Shown: positions 45,382-55,274, counted from the stretch's first letter. The stretch is 64,000 bases of DNA from an uncultured Gemmatimonadales bacterium (GCA_963798845.1 CAWCUS010000006.1:160001-224000); one strand, 5' to 3'. Notes: generated from the letters alone by a model not told the origin. A program made the numbers and translations.

Positions 45382-46630
45382 CCGCGACGGAGGGCCGCCG
45401 TACCGGGTCGCGATCACTGGAATCGGCCCGATCACCGCCGCCGGCACCGGGCACGACGGCTTCCTGCGTGGCCTTCGCTCCGCGCGCTCGCCGATCCGGC
45501 GCGCGACCCGGTTCGACGCCTCGCCCTGGCGCTCCAGGCTCGCCGCCGAAGTGGACGATTTCGATCCGGCGGACCATATGGAGTCGCGCCAGGTCCGGCG
45601 CCTCGACCGCTTCATGCACTTTGCCATCGCGGCCACGCGTCTGGCGCTCCGCGATGCCGATCTCGATCCGGCCGACCCGGACCCCGACGGCGTCGCCGTT
45701 CAGTTCGGCTCGGCGCTCGGGGGGATCGCGTACGCAGAGCAGCAGGTCGGGAATCTCCTGACCCGCGGCACCCGCGCAGTGGATCCGCGCGTCGCGCTCA
45801 CCACGTTCTGCGGCGCCGCCAGCTGCGGCGTCGCCATCGAGTACGGCTTCACTGGCCCGAACGCCACCAACGCCATGTCCTGCGCGTCCGGGACCATCGC
45901 CGTGGGCGAAGCCTTCCGCCTCATCCGCGAAGGGTCGAGCGACGTAGCCATCGCCGGCGGAGCGGAAGCGCCCCTGGCACCGCTCTCCTTCGGCGCTTTC
46001 GCCCTCATCCGAGCCATGAGCGCCCGCAACGACGAGCCCGAGCTCGCGTGCCGGCCGTTCGACCGCGAGCGGGATGGCTTCGTCATGGGGGAGGGCGGCT
46101 GTGCCCTCGTCCTGGAGCGGTGGGACCACGCCGTCGCCCGGAGCGCGCGCATATACGCGGAGATCGCCGGATACGGCACGACCAACGACGCCCACCACAT
46201 GACGGCACCCCGTCCCGACGGGCGCCAGGCTGCCCGCGCAATGCGCCTCGCTCTCCGCTCCGCCGGGCTCACCGCCGATGACGTGGACTACGTCAACCCC
46301 CACGCCTCCTCCACACCCCTGAACGATTCCACGGAGACGCTCGCCATCAAGGCGGTCCTGGGCGAGCGCGCCTACCGGATCCCGGTCACCGGCACGAAGC
46401 CGTACCATGCCCACGCACTCGGTGCGTCCGGCGCCATGGAGGTCGGCGTCGCCTGCCTCGCCTTTGAAAACGACTGGCTCCCGCCCACCCTCAACTTCCA
46501 GGATGGCGGCCAGGAGTGCGATCTCGACTACGTGACCGGCACCGGCCGCGCGTTCCACGGCGACGTCTGCCTCTCGAACTCCTTCGGCTTCGGCGGCATC
46601 AACGCCTCGCTCGTCCTGCGGCGGCCATAG
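45374..46630 (+). CDS. fabF: Beta-ketoacyl-ACP synthase II-like (FabF/KAS)
   Basis: RVAITGIG, catalytic SCASG, RPFDRERDGFVMGEG, NPHASST, KPYHAHALGASG, SNSFGFGG. Confidence 0.85.
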   Translation: MHDRDGGPPYRVAITGIGPITAAGTGHDGFLRGLRSARSPIRRATRFDASPWRSRLAAEVDDFDPADHMESRQVRRLDRFMHFAIAATRLALRDADLDPADPDPDGVAVQFGSALGGIAYAEQQVGNLLTRGTRAVDPRVALTTFCGAASCGVAIEYGFTGPNATNAMSCASGTIAVGEAFRLIREGSSDVAIAGGAEAPLAPLSFGAFALIRAMSARNDEPELACRPFDRERDGFVMGEGGCALVLERWDHAVARSARIYAEIAGYGTTNDAHHMTAPRPDGRQAARAMRLALRSAGLTADDVDYVNPHASSTPLNDSTETLAIKAVLGERAYRIPVTGTKPYHAHALGASGAMEVGVACLAFENDWLPPTLNFQDGGQECDLDYVTGTGRAFHGDVCLSNSFGFGGINASLVLRRP

Positions 46631-46700
46631 CCGAATCGGCGTCGTATCCCGCCCCAGGGCGGCCCCTTTCCCGGGTCCCCGCCGACAGCCACCTTCCAGC

Positions 46701-47660
46701 ATGATTCCCGTGCTGCTCGGCCAGATCCTGGGCGTGTCGTTCGCCTGCGGGCTCAACCTCTACGCCACCGTGGCGGCCCTCGGGATCCTCTCCCGGTTCG
46801 CCGTGATCCGGCCGCTGCCGCCGGGGCTGCGCGGACTCGAATCCCTCATCGTCATCGCCAGCGCCCTCGCCCTCTACGTCGTGGAGGCCGTGATCGACAA
46901 GGTGCGCCACGCAGACTCCATGTGGGACGCCGTCCACACGTTCATTCGCCCGCCCGCCGCCGCCCTCCTGGCCGTGGGCGCCCTGTGGGGGAGGCCTGCT
47001 CTCGGCGTCGCCGCCGGCGCGACGATCGCTTTCGTGGTGGCTCTGGCCACCCACGGCACCAAGGCCGGGCTCCGTCTCGCGCTCAACGCCGGTGCGCCCA
47101 ACCGCCGCAGCAGGTGGATCAGCGTGGCCGAGGACCTGGCCGCGGTCGCGTTCGCCGTCGCCGCCCTCCAGTTCCCCGCAACCGCCCTGGCAGCCGGCGC
47201 CGTGGTCCTCTTCCTCGTCGCCTTGTTCGGTCCCCGATTCTGGCGCGCCTTCGCTTTCGGGATGCGCTGCCTCGCGGCCTGGGTCCGCGCCTTCTTCGCA
47301 CCCGCCCGGTGGCACGACGAAGCCGAGATCCCCCGAAGCCTCACACGCGTCCTCGACCACCGCGCCGTCGGCAGCGCGCCGAACCGGGGGACCCGTGCGG
47401 GACTGCACGGGCTGCGTGGGGTGGGGCCCTACCGGACCGGCTGGCTCGTGGTCACGGGAGACGGCCCGGTCTTCCTCTATCGCTCGCTCTTTCGCACGCG
47501 CCGCGTCGACCTCCCGCCCGTCCTCTCCTTCGAGGTCCACAGAGGCGTTTGGGCCGACATCCTCCGCCTCACCGCCGAGGACCAGGATTTCACGCTCTAC
47601 CTCCTCAAGGATGGGCCCGCAGTGGAATCGGCGGCCAGCGAGCTGGCGCTCACCGGCTGA
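46701..47660 (+). CDS. DUF4126-domain membrane protein with C-terminal extension
   Basis: GLNLYA, VEAVIDK..DSMWDAVHTFIRPPAAA, SVAED. Confidence 0.8.
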   Translation: MIPVLLGQILGVSFACGLNLYATVAALGILSRFAVIRPLPPGLRGLESLIVIASALALYVVEAVIDKVRHADSMWDAVHTFIRPPAAALLAVGALWGRPALGVAAGATIAFVVALATHGTKAGLRLALNAGAPNRRSRWISVAEDLAAVAFAVAALQFPATALAAGAVVLFLVALFGPRFWRAFAFGMRCLAAWVRAFFAPARWHDEAEIPRSLTRVLDHRAVGSAPNRGTRAGLHGLRGVGPYRTGWLVVTGDGPVFLYRSLFRTRRVDLPPVLSFEVHRGVWADILRLTAEDQDFTLYLLKDGPAVESAASELALTG

Positions 47661-47831
47661 GGGCACCGGACACGGCGCCGCACCGGGAGTCCTCATGGCC
47701 GGATCCTGCCAGCCGGACGACCGATCCGCAGCTTCCTCCAAGTCTCTAGCAAACAGGGGTTTACAAGAAATTCGACAGCTCTCGAAAGCCATTCCGGCGC
47801 GCCATTGCGCGAGTTTTTGCACGCACCAGGG

Positions 47832-47860
47832 TTTACACTAATCCTCGTTTGTTCTATACT
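47832..47860 (+). promoter_or_regulatory. Strong sigma70-type promoter of the second sigma gene
   Basis: TTTACA, 17 bp, TATACT in an AT-rich island. Confidence 0.7.
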
Positions 47861-48014
47861 TGTTCGTTCTGTAGGCCGATGATCCTCCGACGGCTTGCCG
47901 AGTGCGGATGATTCGTACGCAGTCCCACATTTTCCGACACTTCGCTTTGTGCAGCGGGAGCCGGGTGCCGGCCGGCCTCGCTGCCTTTTTTGTGTCCACG
48001 ACCCCGAGACTTCT

Positions 48015-48875
48015 ATGTTCGTGAACGCCCGCGCGCTGGACTCCTTCGACCAGTACCTCTTCGACGTGGAGAAGTACCCGCTCATCGAAGACCCCATGGA
48101 GGAGCGCCACCTGGCAGCCCAGGCCCGTGAAGGGGACAAGGAAGCGGCCGAACGACTCGTGACCGCCAACCTGCGGTTCGTCATCTCCTACGTGAAGAAG
48201 TACCAGGGCCGCGGCCTCGGGCTCGCGGAGCTCGTGTGCATCGGGAACGAGGGGCTGCTGAAGGCCGTGAAGAAGTTCGATCCCGACAAGGGCGTGAAGT
48301 TCATCTCATACGCGGTCTGGTGGATCCGCCAGACCGTGCTTCAGGCGCTGGCCGAGCAGACCCGCTCGGTGCGGATTCCGCTGAACCAGAACTCGAACCT
48401 GGTGAAGCTCTCTCGCACCGAGACGGCGCTCACCCAGCTCCTGGGCCGCTCGCCGACGGACCAGGAGATCGCCGAGCATATGGAGGAGCCGATCGAGACG
48501 GTGCGCGCGCTGCGTCGCGTGGCCGCGTCCGAGCTGTCGCTGGACGCGCCCATCGACCGCGGGGACCGCGACAGCGCCTCCTTCGGCGAGCGCTTCGCCG
48601 GCGCGGAGGGCGAGGACATCGAGGAAAGCGTCGAATCTCAGGCGCGCCGCGAGTTTCTCGACCGGATGTTCGACAAGTACCTGACCGAGCGAGAGCGCAA
48701 GATCCTGTACCTGTATTACGGCCTCGACGACGGCGAGGAGCGCACGCTCGAGGAGATCGGCTCGCTCCTGGGCGTCACGCGCGAGCGGATCCGCCAGATC
48801 CGGAACCGCGCATTCGAGAAGCTGCGCGAGAGCGCCGACGGCGACGCCCTGGCCACGTTCTGGGCAGCCGAGTAG
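48015..48875 (+). CDS. Second short RpoD/SigA-family sigma factor
   Basis: ANLRFVISYVKKYQGRG, FISYAVWWIRQ, TLEEIG..GVTRERIRQ; start ATG 48015. Confidence 0.92.
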   Translation: MFVNARALDSFDQYLFDVEKYPLIEDPMEERHLAAQAREGDKEAAERLVTANLRFVISYVKKYQGRGLGLAELVCIGNEGLLKAVKKFDPDKGVKFISYAVWWIRQTVLQALAEQTRSVRIPLNQNSNLVKLSRTETALTQLLGRSPTDQEIAEHMEEPIETVRALRRVAASELSLDAPIDRGDRDSASFGERFAGAEGEDIEESVESQARREFLDRMFDKYLTERERKILYLYYGLDDGEERTLEEIGSLLGVTRERIRQIRNRAFEKLRESADGDALATFWAAE

Positions 48876-48896
48876 CCTTTCCGAGCTTCGGCCTTC

Positions 48897-48932
48897 CGGC
48901 CCGCCGGGCTTTCATGCCTGGCGGGCCGTTTT
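48897..48932 (+). terminator. Intrinsic terminator
   Basis: CGGCCCGCCGGGC-tttcat-GCCTGGCGGGCCG-TTTT after the sigma stop. Confidence 0.75.
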
Positions 48933-49005
48933 CACGCAGAGGCGCCGGACTCGATCGCGGACAGGGCGTTCCCGCCGTGCCCCGGTCGCTGCGCGGCCGT
49001 TCAGC

Positions 49006-49401
49006 TCACGCCTCCACCAGCTCCTCCTCCGCCTCCGCGTGGTCCAGCGCCGTTCCGCTCAGGCTCCGTCCCGAGGCGGAGCCGAGCATCACCAGCTCCC
49101 GCACCACCACGTCCGCCGTGGGGATGGTCACGCCGTCGCGCTCGTAGGAGTCGTACTGGATACGGCCCTCGATGTAGAGCCGATCGCCCTTGCGAATGTA
49201 CTCGCTGGTGAGCTCGGCCAGGCGGTCCCACACGGTCAACCGATGCCAGTCGGTCCGCTCGTCGAAGCCGTTCTCCCGCGGGATCCGGCGGCTGGTGGCC
49301 AGGGAAAAGTGGGCCACCTTGTGCCCGTTGGCCGTGGACTGCACCTCCGGGTCCCGCCCCACGTTGCCTACCAGGATCAGCTTGTTCACCGAGCGCGACA
49401 T
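49006..49401 (-). CDS. ssb: Single-stranded DNA-binding protein (short)
   Basis: SVNKLILVGNVGRDPE, FSLATS, TDWH, KGDRLYIEGRI. Confidence 0.9.
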   Translation of the reverse strand: MSRSVNKLILVGNVGRDPEVQSTANGHKVAHFSLATSRRIPRENGFDERTDWHRLTVWDRLAELTSEYIRKGDRLYIEGRIQYDSYERDGVTIPTADVVVRELVMLGSASGRSLSGTALDHAEAEEELVEA

Positions 49402-49538
49402 GGCTGCCTCCGCGAGAGTGTCCGGGCCCCGAGATCCGGGGCCATCGGGCGCTATCATGGCACCCGATCCGGGGCACTCCCATGGCGGAAGCGGACGACT
49501 TTCGCGAGGCTGCCTCGGCGCGCGTCAGCGACACGGGC

Positions 49539-52500
49539 TCAGGACGATTCCGCCTCGGCGGCGCTCATCCCGACCACTGCCGTCGGCCCGAGCTCGGGCG
49601 CGCGTCGCTGCACGTCGGCCGGCGCCGGTGGGGCGGCGGAGCGGGTGGGACCGTGGCCGGTGAGCCACCTGCCGAGCCGTTCGGCAGCGGTGTTGAAGAT
49701 CACGTAGGCGCTCGGCACCACGAAGAGCGTGAGCAGCGTGGAGACGCTGAGGCCGCCGACCACGGCAATGGCCAGCGGCTGCATGAGCTCGGAGCCCTGG
49801 CCGATCCCCAGCGCGAGGGGGAGCATGCCGAACGCGGTGGTCAGCGTGGTCATGAGGATCGGACGCAGGCGCACTGCGCCCGCCTCCACTACCGCCTGTT
49901 CGCGGCTGAGACCTCGCGCCCGCCCCTGCTCGGTGTACTCCACCAGGAGGATCGCGTTGTTCACCACGATCCCCGCCAGGAGGATCACGCCCAGGAGCAC
50001 GGGCGCGCTGAGGGGCGTCCCGGTGATGCCGAGGAGGAGCCCCACCCCGATGAGCGACAACGGGATGGCGAGCAGGATGATGAACGGGTTCACCACGCTC
50101 TCGTACTGCACGGCCATGACCACGAAGACGAGGAAGACGGCGAGGATCACCACGATGGCGAGCTGGCGGTTGTTCTCCCTCATCGCCTCCGCCTCGCCGC
50201 CGTAGATGATGCCATAGCCCTCGGGCAGCTCGAGGTCCGCGAGGCGCGCGCGGATCGAGTCGTTCACCGCGCCCACGCTCGCCACTTCGTTGATCACGTC
50301 GCCCGTGAGCCGGAACGTCCGGTTCTGGTTCACCCGCAGGACGGTGGTGGGGCCCAGTGTGTTGTTGACGGTGGCCACGTCGCGCAGGTAGATGGGCGCC
50401 CCGCCCGACCCCCCGGGGAAGAGCGCCACGCCGCCCAGGTCCTCCGGGCTCTTGAAGCGGTCGCGCGGGAACATGACCCGCATGTCGTATTCGTGGTTCC
50501 CCGCCGTGAACTTGCTCGCGATCGTCCCGTCGAGGGCGGTGCGGAGCGTCTGACCGACCGTCGCGACGCTCAGGCCCAGGTACGCCGCGCGCTCGCGGTC
50601 CAGCTGTACCGACAGCTGCGGCGTCGCCTCCTCTTCGGACGGCTCCAGGTTGGCCAGCCCCGGCACCCCGCGCACGAGGCTCATGACCTCTTCGGCGATG
50701 TGGCGCAGCTCGTTCAGGTCGTCCCCCTGGATGCTGAGCTCCACGGGCGACCCGGACATGGACGTGCGCAGTCCCCGAATACGCGGCGGACGGACGAAGA
50801 TCCGGGCGCCGGGGAAGCCGCGCGCGTCCACCTTCTCCTGCAACCTCCTCACCCACTCATCCGCGCTGATCTTCCGCTCCGTCACTGGAGCCAGCACCAC
50901 GGTGATGCTCCCCCGCCCGCTCCGCTGCGCCGTGGAGCCGCCGAACAGAAAGCCTCCGGCGGTGGCGAACATGGTGCGCACGTCCGGCATCTGCCGCACC
51001 ATTTCTTCGACCTCGAGCGTCACCCGGTTCGTCTCCTGCGCGGACACGCCGGCCGGCATGGCCACATACACGCCGACGTTGCCGTCGTCCACCTGGGGGA
51101 GGAACTCGTTCCCCAGGTTGCGCGTCATGAGGAAGGCGCCGACCAGCGCCAGCACCGCGCCACCGAGCACGGCCCAGCGCCACCGGACCGCCACCGGCGC
51201 GATGCGCCGGTAGAAGCTCCGCAGCCACCCGACGCCGTTGTCGAACGCCACCAGCGGCCTCCAGTGCCCCAGGCCGCTCTCGAAGCGGATCTTTCCAAGC
51301 TGCGCCGACAGCATGGGCACCACCGTGAGCGCGACCGTGAGCGAGGCCAGGATGGCGAAGGAGATGGTGAGGATCAGCTCCCGGAAGATCAGCGCAGCCA
51401 GACCGCTGATGAGCAGGAACGGGATGACGGCCGCCAGGTTCGTGGCCGTCGACGCGGTCACCGCGCTGGTGACTTCCGCCGCGCCCTCGTGCGCCGCCAG
51501 CTCCGGATCCTCGTTGCCTTCCTCCTTGTGCCGGAAGATGTTCTCCAGCATCACGATGGAGTTGTCGATCAGCAGACCCACGCCCAGGGCCAGGCCGCCC
51601 AGCGTCATGATGTTCAGCGTCAGGTGCCCGAGCCCCATCATGATGAACGTGGCCAGGATGGCGATGGGGATGGCCAGGCCGATGACGAACGTCTTCCGCA
51701 GCGACCCGAGGAAGAGGAAGACCACGAGCATGGCCAGGAACGCCCCCGTCAGCGCCGCACTCTGTACCGACCGGACCGAGCTGCGGATGAAGGTGGCCTG
51801 GTTCTGGATCGTGCGGTACTGGATGTCGCCCGGGACGAACCCCGTCGTCGTGAGCGACTCCAGCCGCTGCTGGACCTGCTCGGCCACCTTCACGGTGTTG
51901 GCGTTCGGTTGCTTCCGTACCGACAGCTGCACGGCGGGCACGCCGTTCATGCGCGCCCAGAGCCGCTGATCCTGATGGGTGTCGCTCACGCTCGCCACTT
52001 CCGACAGCGGGATCCGGCCCCCGCCCGCGGGCGTCAGCAGCACCGAGCGCACGTCATCCACGGTCTGGAACTTCCCCGCCGTCTTCCCCACCACCTCGCG
52101 CGTGGCCGAAGCCACGTAGCCGGCCGCCACGTCCTGGTTGGCCGCGCGGATGGCGTCGATGACCTGCGACACCGTGAGCCCGTAGTGCCGCAGCCGCTCC
52201 TGGTCCAGCACCACCTGGATCTCCCGGACCAGCCCGCCGGCGACGTCCACCGATGCTACGCCCGGTATGGTCAGCAGCTGTGGCCGAAGCCGGTACTCCA
52301 CCCAGTCCCGGAGCGAGATCAGGTCCCTCGCCTGCGACGAGAAGCCCACCTCGTACACGGGCATCTGCGACGGGTCGAACTTGTACACCGTCGGCGGATT
52401 CGCTTCTTCCGGCAGCGCGCCCCGGGCCCGCTCGAGGTTCTTCGCCGCGTCCTGGAGCGCGAAGTCGATGTCGGTGCCATAGGAGAAATGGAGGTTGACG

Positions 52501-52793
52501 CCCACGCGTCCCTCCTGGATCTCCGTCTCCATGCTGGTGACGTTCTCGGTGGTGGCGAGCGCTGCCTCCAGCGGCTTGGCGACCGTCTCCTCCAGCACGG
52601 TCGGCTCCACGCCCGGGTTCGACACCCCGGCGCGGATCTGCGGATAGACGATGGTGGGCAGGAGGTCGAGCGGCAGACCGCCCAGGAAGAAGATCCCGAG
52701 GACGACCACCACGGACGTGATCATGAGCGTGCCCACGGGCCTGCGTATGGCAAGGCTCGGCAGGCCGCGGAACCGCTTGTACTGCTCGCTCAC
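49539..52793 (-). CDS. RND efflux permease (AcrB/MdtB family)
   Basis: IRRPV, LIDNSIVMLENI, GIVVNNAILLV, RLRPILMTTLTT. Confidence 0.95.
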   Translation of the reverse strand: MSEQYKRFRGLPSLAIRRPVGTLMITSVVVVLGIFFLGGLPLDLLPTIVYPQIRAGVSNPGVEPTVLEETVAKPLEAALATTENVTSMETEIQEGRVGVNLHFSYGTDIDFALQDAAKNLERARGALPEEANPPTVYKFDPSQMPVYEVGFSSQARDLISLRDWVEYRLRPQLLTIPGVASVDVAGGLVREIQVVLDQERLRHYGLTVSQVIDAIRAANQDVAAGYVASATREVVGKTAGKFQTVDDVRSVLLTPAGGGRIPLSEVASVSDTHQDQRLWARMNGVPAVQLSVRKQPNANTVKVAEQVQQRLESLTTTGFVPGDIQYRTIQNQATFIRSSVRSVQSAALTGAFLAMLVVFLFLGSLRKTFVIGLAIPIAILATFIMMGLGHLTLNIMTLGGLALGVGLLIDNSIVMLENIFRHKEEGNEDPELAAHEGAAEVTSAVTASTATNLAAVIPFLLISGLAALIFRELILTISFAILASLTVALTVVPMLSAQLGKIRFESGLGHWRPLVAFDNGVGWLRSFYRRIAPVAVRWRWAVLGGAVLALVGAFLMTRNLGNEFLPQVDDGNVGVYVAMPAGVSAQETNRVTLEVEEMVRQMPDVRTMFATAGGFLFGGSTAQRSGRGSITVVLAPVTERKISADEWVRRLQEKVDARGFPGARIFVRPPRIRGLRTSMSGSPVELSIQGDDLNELRHIAEEVMSLVRGVPGLANLEPSEEEATPQLSVQLDRERAAYLGLSVATVGQTLRTALDGTIASKFTAGNHEYDMRVMFPRDRFKSPEDLGGVALFPGGSGGAPIYLRDVATVNNTLGPTTVLRVNQNRTFRLTGDVINEVASVGAVNDSIRARLADLELPEGYGIIYGGEAEAMRENNRQLAIVVILAVFLVFVVMAVQYESVVNPFIILLAIPLSLIGVGLLLGITGTPLSAPVLLGVILLAGIVVNNAILLVEYTEQGRARGLSREQAVVEAGAVRLRPILMTTLTTAFGMLPLALGIGQGSELMQPLAIAVVGGLSVSTLLTLFVVPSAYVIFNTAAERLGRWLTGHGPTRSAAPPAPADVQRRAPELGPTAVVGMSAAEAESS

Positions 52794-53923
52794 GACTCCA
52801 CCCTCCCCGCCTCGCCGGACACCACTCGCACCTTCACGCCGTCGCGCAGCATGTTCGCGCCCCGCGTCACCACGACGTCACCCGTCTCGAGCCCCGCCAC
52901 GACCTGCACCTTCCCCTCCGACGTCAGCCCCGTAGTCACGGTGCGCCGGACGGCCGTCCCGTTCTCGACCACGAACACCGACTCCGAGCCCGCCGCGCCC
53001 ACCAGCGCGGAGCCCGGGATCAGCAGGACATCGTTGCGCGCGCCCAGCCCGAACGTGGCCCTGGCCAGGAATCCCGGCCGCGCCAGCCGCGCGTCCTCGC
53101 CCGTCAGCGCCACCTCCACCGGCACCAGCCGCGTGGTCGGATCGCCGCTCGGGAACACTCGCCGGATGCGACCGTGGAACCCACGGTCGGGAAACGCGTC
53201 CAGCGCCAGCACGACCGGATCGCCCGGAGCGAGCTCCACCACGTCCAGCTCGGAGACGCCCACGCGCACCACCAGCGTGGACACGTCCGCGACCGTGAAG
53301 AGCCGGGTCTGCGGCGAGACCAGGTCGCCCGCCTCCACCCGTTTCTCCGTCACCACGCCGCTGATCGGCGAGGCGATCGTGGCGTAATCCACCCGCGTTT
53401 TCAACTGGTCCAGCTGCGCTTTCGCCGCCGCTCTCGCCGTGCGCTCCTTCTCGAACTCCGGCAGCGTGATGACCCGGCGCTCCCACAGCTGCTGCGCCCG
53501 GTCGTACGACGCGTCGGCCACCTGGAACGCGGCCTCCGCAGCCGCCAGCTGCGCCCGCAGCTCGCTGTCATCCACGCGCGCCAGGAGCTGGCCCGGGTGG
53601 ACGACGTCGCCTTCCTCCGCCGCCACGGCCAGAAGCACGCCGGAGAGCTGGCTGTTCACCCCCACCGTGCGGATCGGCTGGATCACGCCCGACACGGTCA
53701 CGGAGCGCGCGATCGACCCCGTCGTCGCCGGCGACGCCGCCACCGCCACCACCCGGTCTGCGCTACCCGGTCCGCCCGGACCACCTGGGCCGCCAGGTCC
53801 ACCGGAGCGTCCGGGCGAGGGCTCCGCCGCTTCGCTGCCACCGCAAGCCGCAGCTGCGGCCGCCAGGATCAGGATCATGGGCCGGAGCGACGCCGGCCTG
53901 CACAGGGATCGAATCGTCGACAC
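52790..53923 (-). CDS. RND periplasmic adaptor (MFP) lipoprotein
   Basis: Lipobox AAAC, lipoyl and hairpin motifs (EEGDVV..GQLLA, IASPISGVV), GLETGDVVV; GTG 53923. Confidence 0.9.
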   Translation of the reverse strand: MSTIRSLCRPASLRPMILILAAAAAACGGSEAAEPSPGRSGGPGGPGGPGGPGSADRVVAVAASPATTGSIARSVTVSGVIQPIRTVGVNSQLSGVLLAVAAEEGDVVHPGQLLARVDDSELRAQLAAAEAAFQVADASYDRAQQLWERRVITLPEFEKERTARAAAKAQLDQLKTRVDYATIASPISGVVTEKRVEAGDLVSPQTRLFTVADVSTLVVRVGVSELDVVELAPGDPVVLALDAFPDRGFHGRIRRVFPSGDPTTRLVPVEVALTGEDARLARPGFLARATFGLGARNDVLLIPGSALVGAAGSESVFVVENGTAVRRTVTTGLTSEGKVQVVAGLETGDVVVTRGANMLRDGVKVRVVSGEAGRVES

Positions 53924-53924
53924 G

Positions 53925-55274
53925 CTACTGCTCCTCGCCCAGTCGTTCCCCGAGGATGGACTCCAGGTGCGCCACCGCGCCACCGAGTCCCTGCCTCGCC
54001 CGCACCCCCGCCACCTGCGCTTCCGCCAGCGCGACCTGCGACGCCTGCAGTTCCAGGATCGTGGCCGCGCCCATCGTGTAGCGCTCCTCCTGCACCCGCA
54101 GATCCTCCTCCGCGAGCTCCACCGTTCGGTCCGCCACCTGCACCTGCCGCTCGGCGACCTCCAGCTCCCGCACCGCCGCCTCCACCTCCACCCTCGCCGC
54201 CAGCGTCGCGTCCTTCGCCTGCGCTTCCGCGGCCCGCTCCTGCGCCGCTGCCCGCTGCACCGCCGCCTCCCGCTGCAGGCCATTGAAGAGCGGCAGAGAA
54301 GCGGTGACACGCAGGCTCCAGCTCTGCTGCGCGGGCGGGAAGTCGTAGGAGAACCAGTCGTAGCCGCCGCTGACCCGGACCACCGGCAGGTAAGGCGTGA
54401 ACGACGCCAGCTTGTCCGCGTGCCGGCTCGCCCGCACGGCGTTCGCCGCCATCACCGAAGGCGACGACTTCACGGCCCGGCTCACCAGCTCGTCCACTGG
54501 CGGGAGCGACGGCGCCTGCTCCGGCAGCGCCGACTCCGCCGCCATGACTTCCTCGGCCATGCCCACGGCGCGGCCGAGATCGAGCGCCGCGCCCTGCAAC
54601 GCCGAGCGGGCTTCGAACACCGCCAGGTCCGCGTTCTGGACTTCGATCTCTGCCCGGAGAACGTCCGAGCGCGTGGCCGTTCCCACGTCGAATCGCTGCC
54701 CGGCGAACTCCTGCTGCTGCTTCGCCCGCTCGAGACGCTGCTCCGCCACCTCGAGCAGGTCCTGCGTCGCCGCTGCAGCGTAGAACGTCAGCGTTGTCCG
54801 GTACGCCGAGGCGAAGCGCTGCTCCCGCTCCTGGGCGTCCGCGGCCGTGACGTCCGCCGAAGCCGAGCGCAGCTGGGCCAGCTTCCGCCCCCCGGAGAAC
54901 ACCTCGTACGAGCCCTGGAGCTGGTTCGTGTAGCTCTGCGACACCAGCCTTCCCGACGCCTGATCGAAGCGCTGGTTGCTCGAGTTGCCGTAGACCGTGT
55001 TCGCGCTGACTGTGGGCAGCAGGGCGCCGCGCGCCTGCAGCTGGTCCGCCCGCGCCACCGACGCCCCCGATGATGACGACACCACCAGCGGATCCACGTC
55101 CTCCGCCAGCCGCAGCGCCTGCTCCAGGGTCACGGTGCGGTGCGGTGCGGCTTGCCCCGCGGCCCGCGCTTCCTGCGCCCAGGCGCTCACGGGTCCGCAG
55201 GCCTGCAGCGCCACCACCGCCAGCCACATGCGTCCCGCACGCCCGCGGCTGTGCGATGCCATACTGTGCTTCAT
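53925..55274 (-). CDS. TolC-family outer-membrane channel
   Basis: TLEQALRLA, two OEP repeats, RFDVGTATRSDVL, RYTMGAATILEL. Confidence 0.9.
   Translation of the reverse strand: MKHSMASHSRGRAGRMWLAVVALQACGPVSAWAQEARAAGQAAPHRTVTLEQALRLAEDVDPLVVSSSSGASVARADQLQARGALLPTVSANTVYGNSSNQRFDQASGRLVSQSYTNQLQGSYEVFSGGRKLAQLRSASADVTAADAQEREQRFASAYRTTLTFYAAAATQDLLEVAEQRLERAKQQQEFAGQRFDVGTATRSDVLRAEIEVQNADLAVFEARSALQGAALDLGRAVGMAEEVMAAESALPEQAPSLPPVDELVSRAVKSSPSVMAANAVRASRHADKLASFTPYLPVVRVSGGYDWFSYDFPPAQQSWSLRVTASLPLFNGLQREAAVQRAAAQERAAEAQAKDATLAARVEVEAAVRELEVAERQVQVADRTVELAEEDLRVQEERYTMGAATILELQASQVALAEAQVAGVRARQGLGGAVAHLESILGERLGEEQ

Noticed and set aside
49482..53387. 1301-aa + strand ORF
   Set aside because: Antisense shadow of the RND genes; high GC suppresses stops and it has no recognisable motifs.
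53760..53815. GGPGGPGGPG repeat in the MFP
   Set aside because: Common low-complexity linker.
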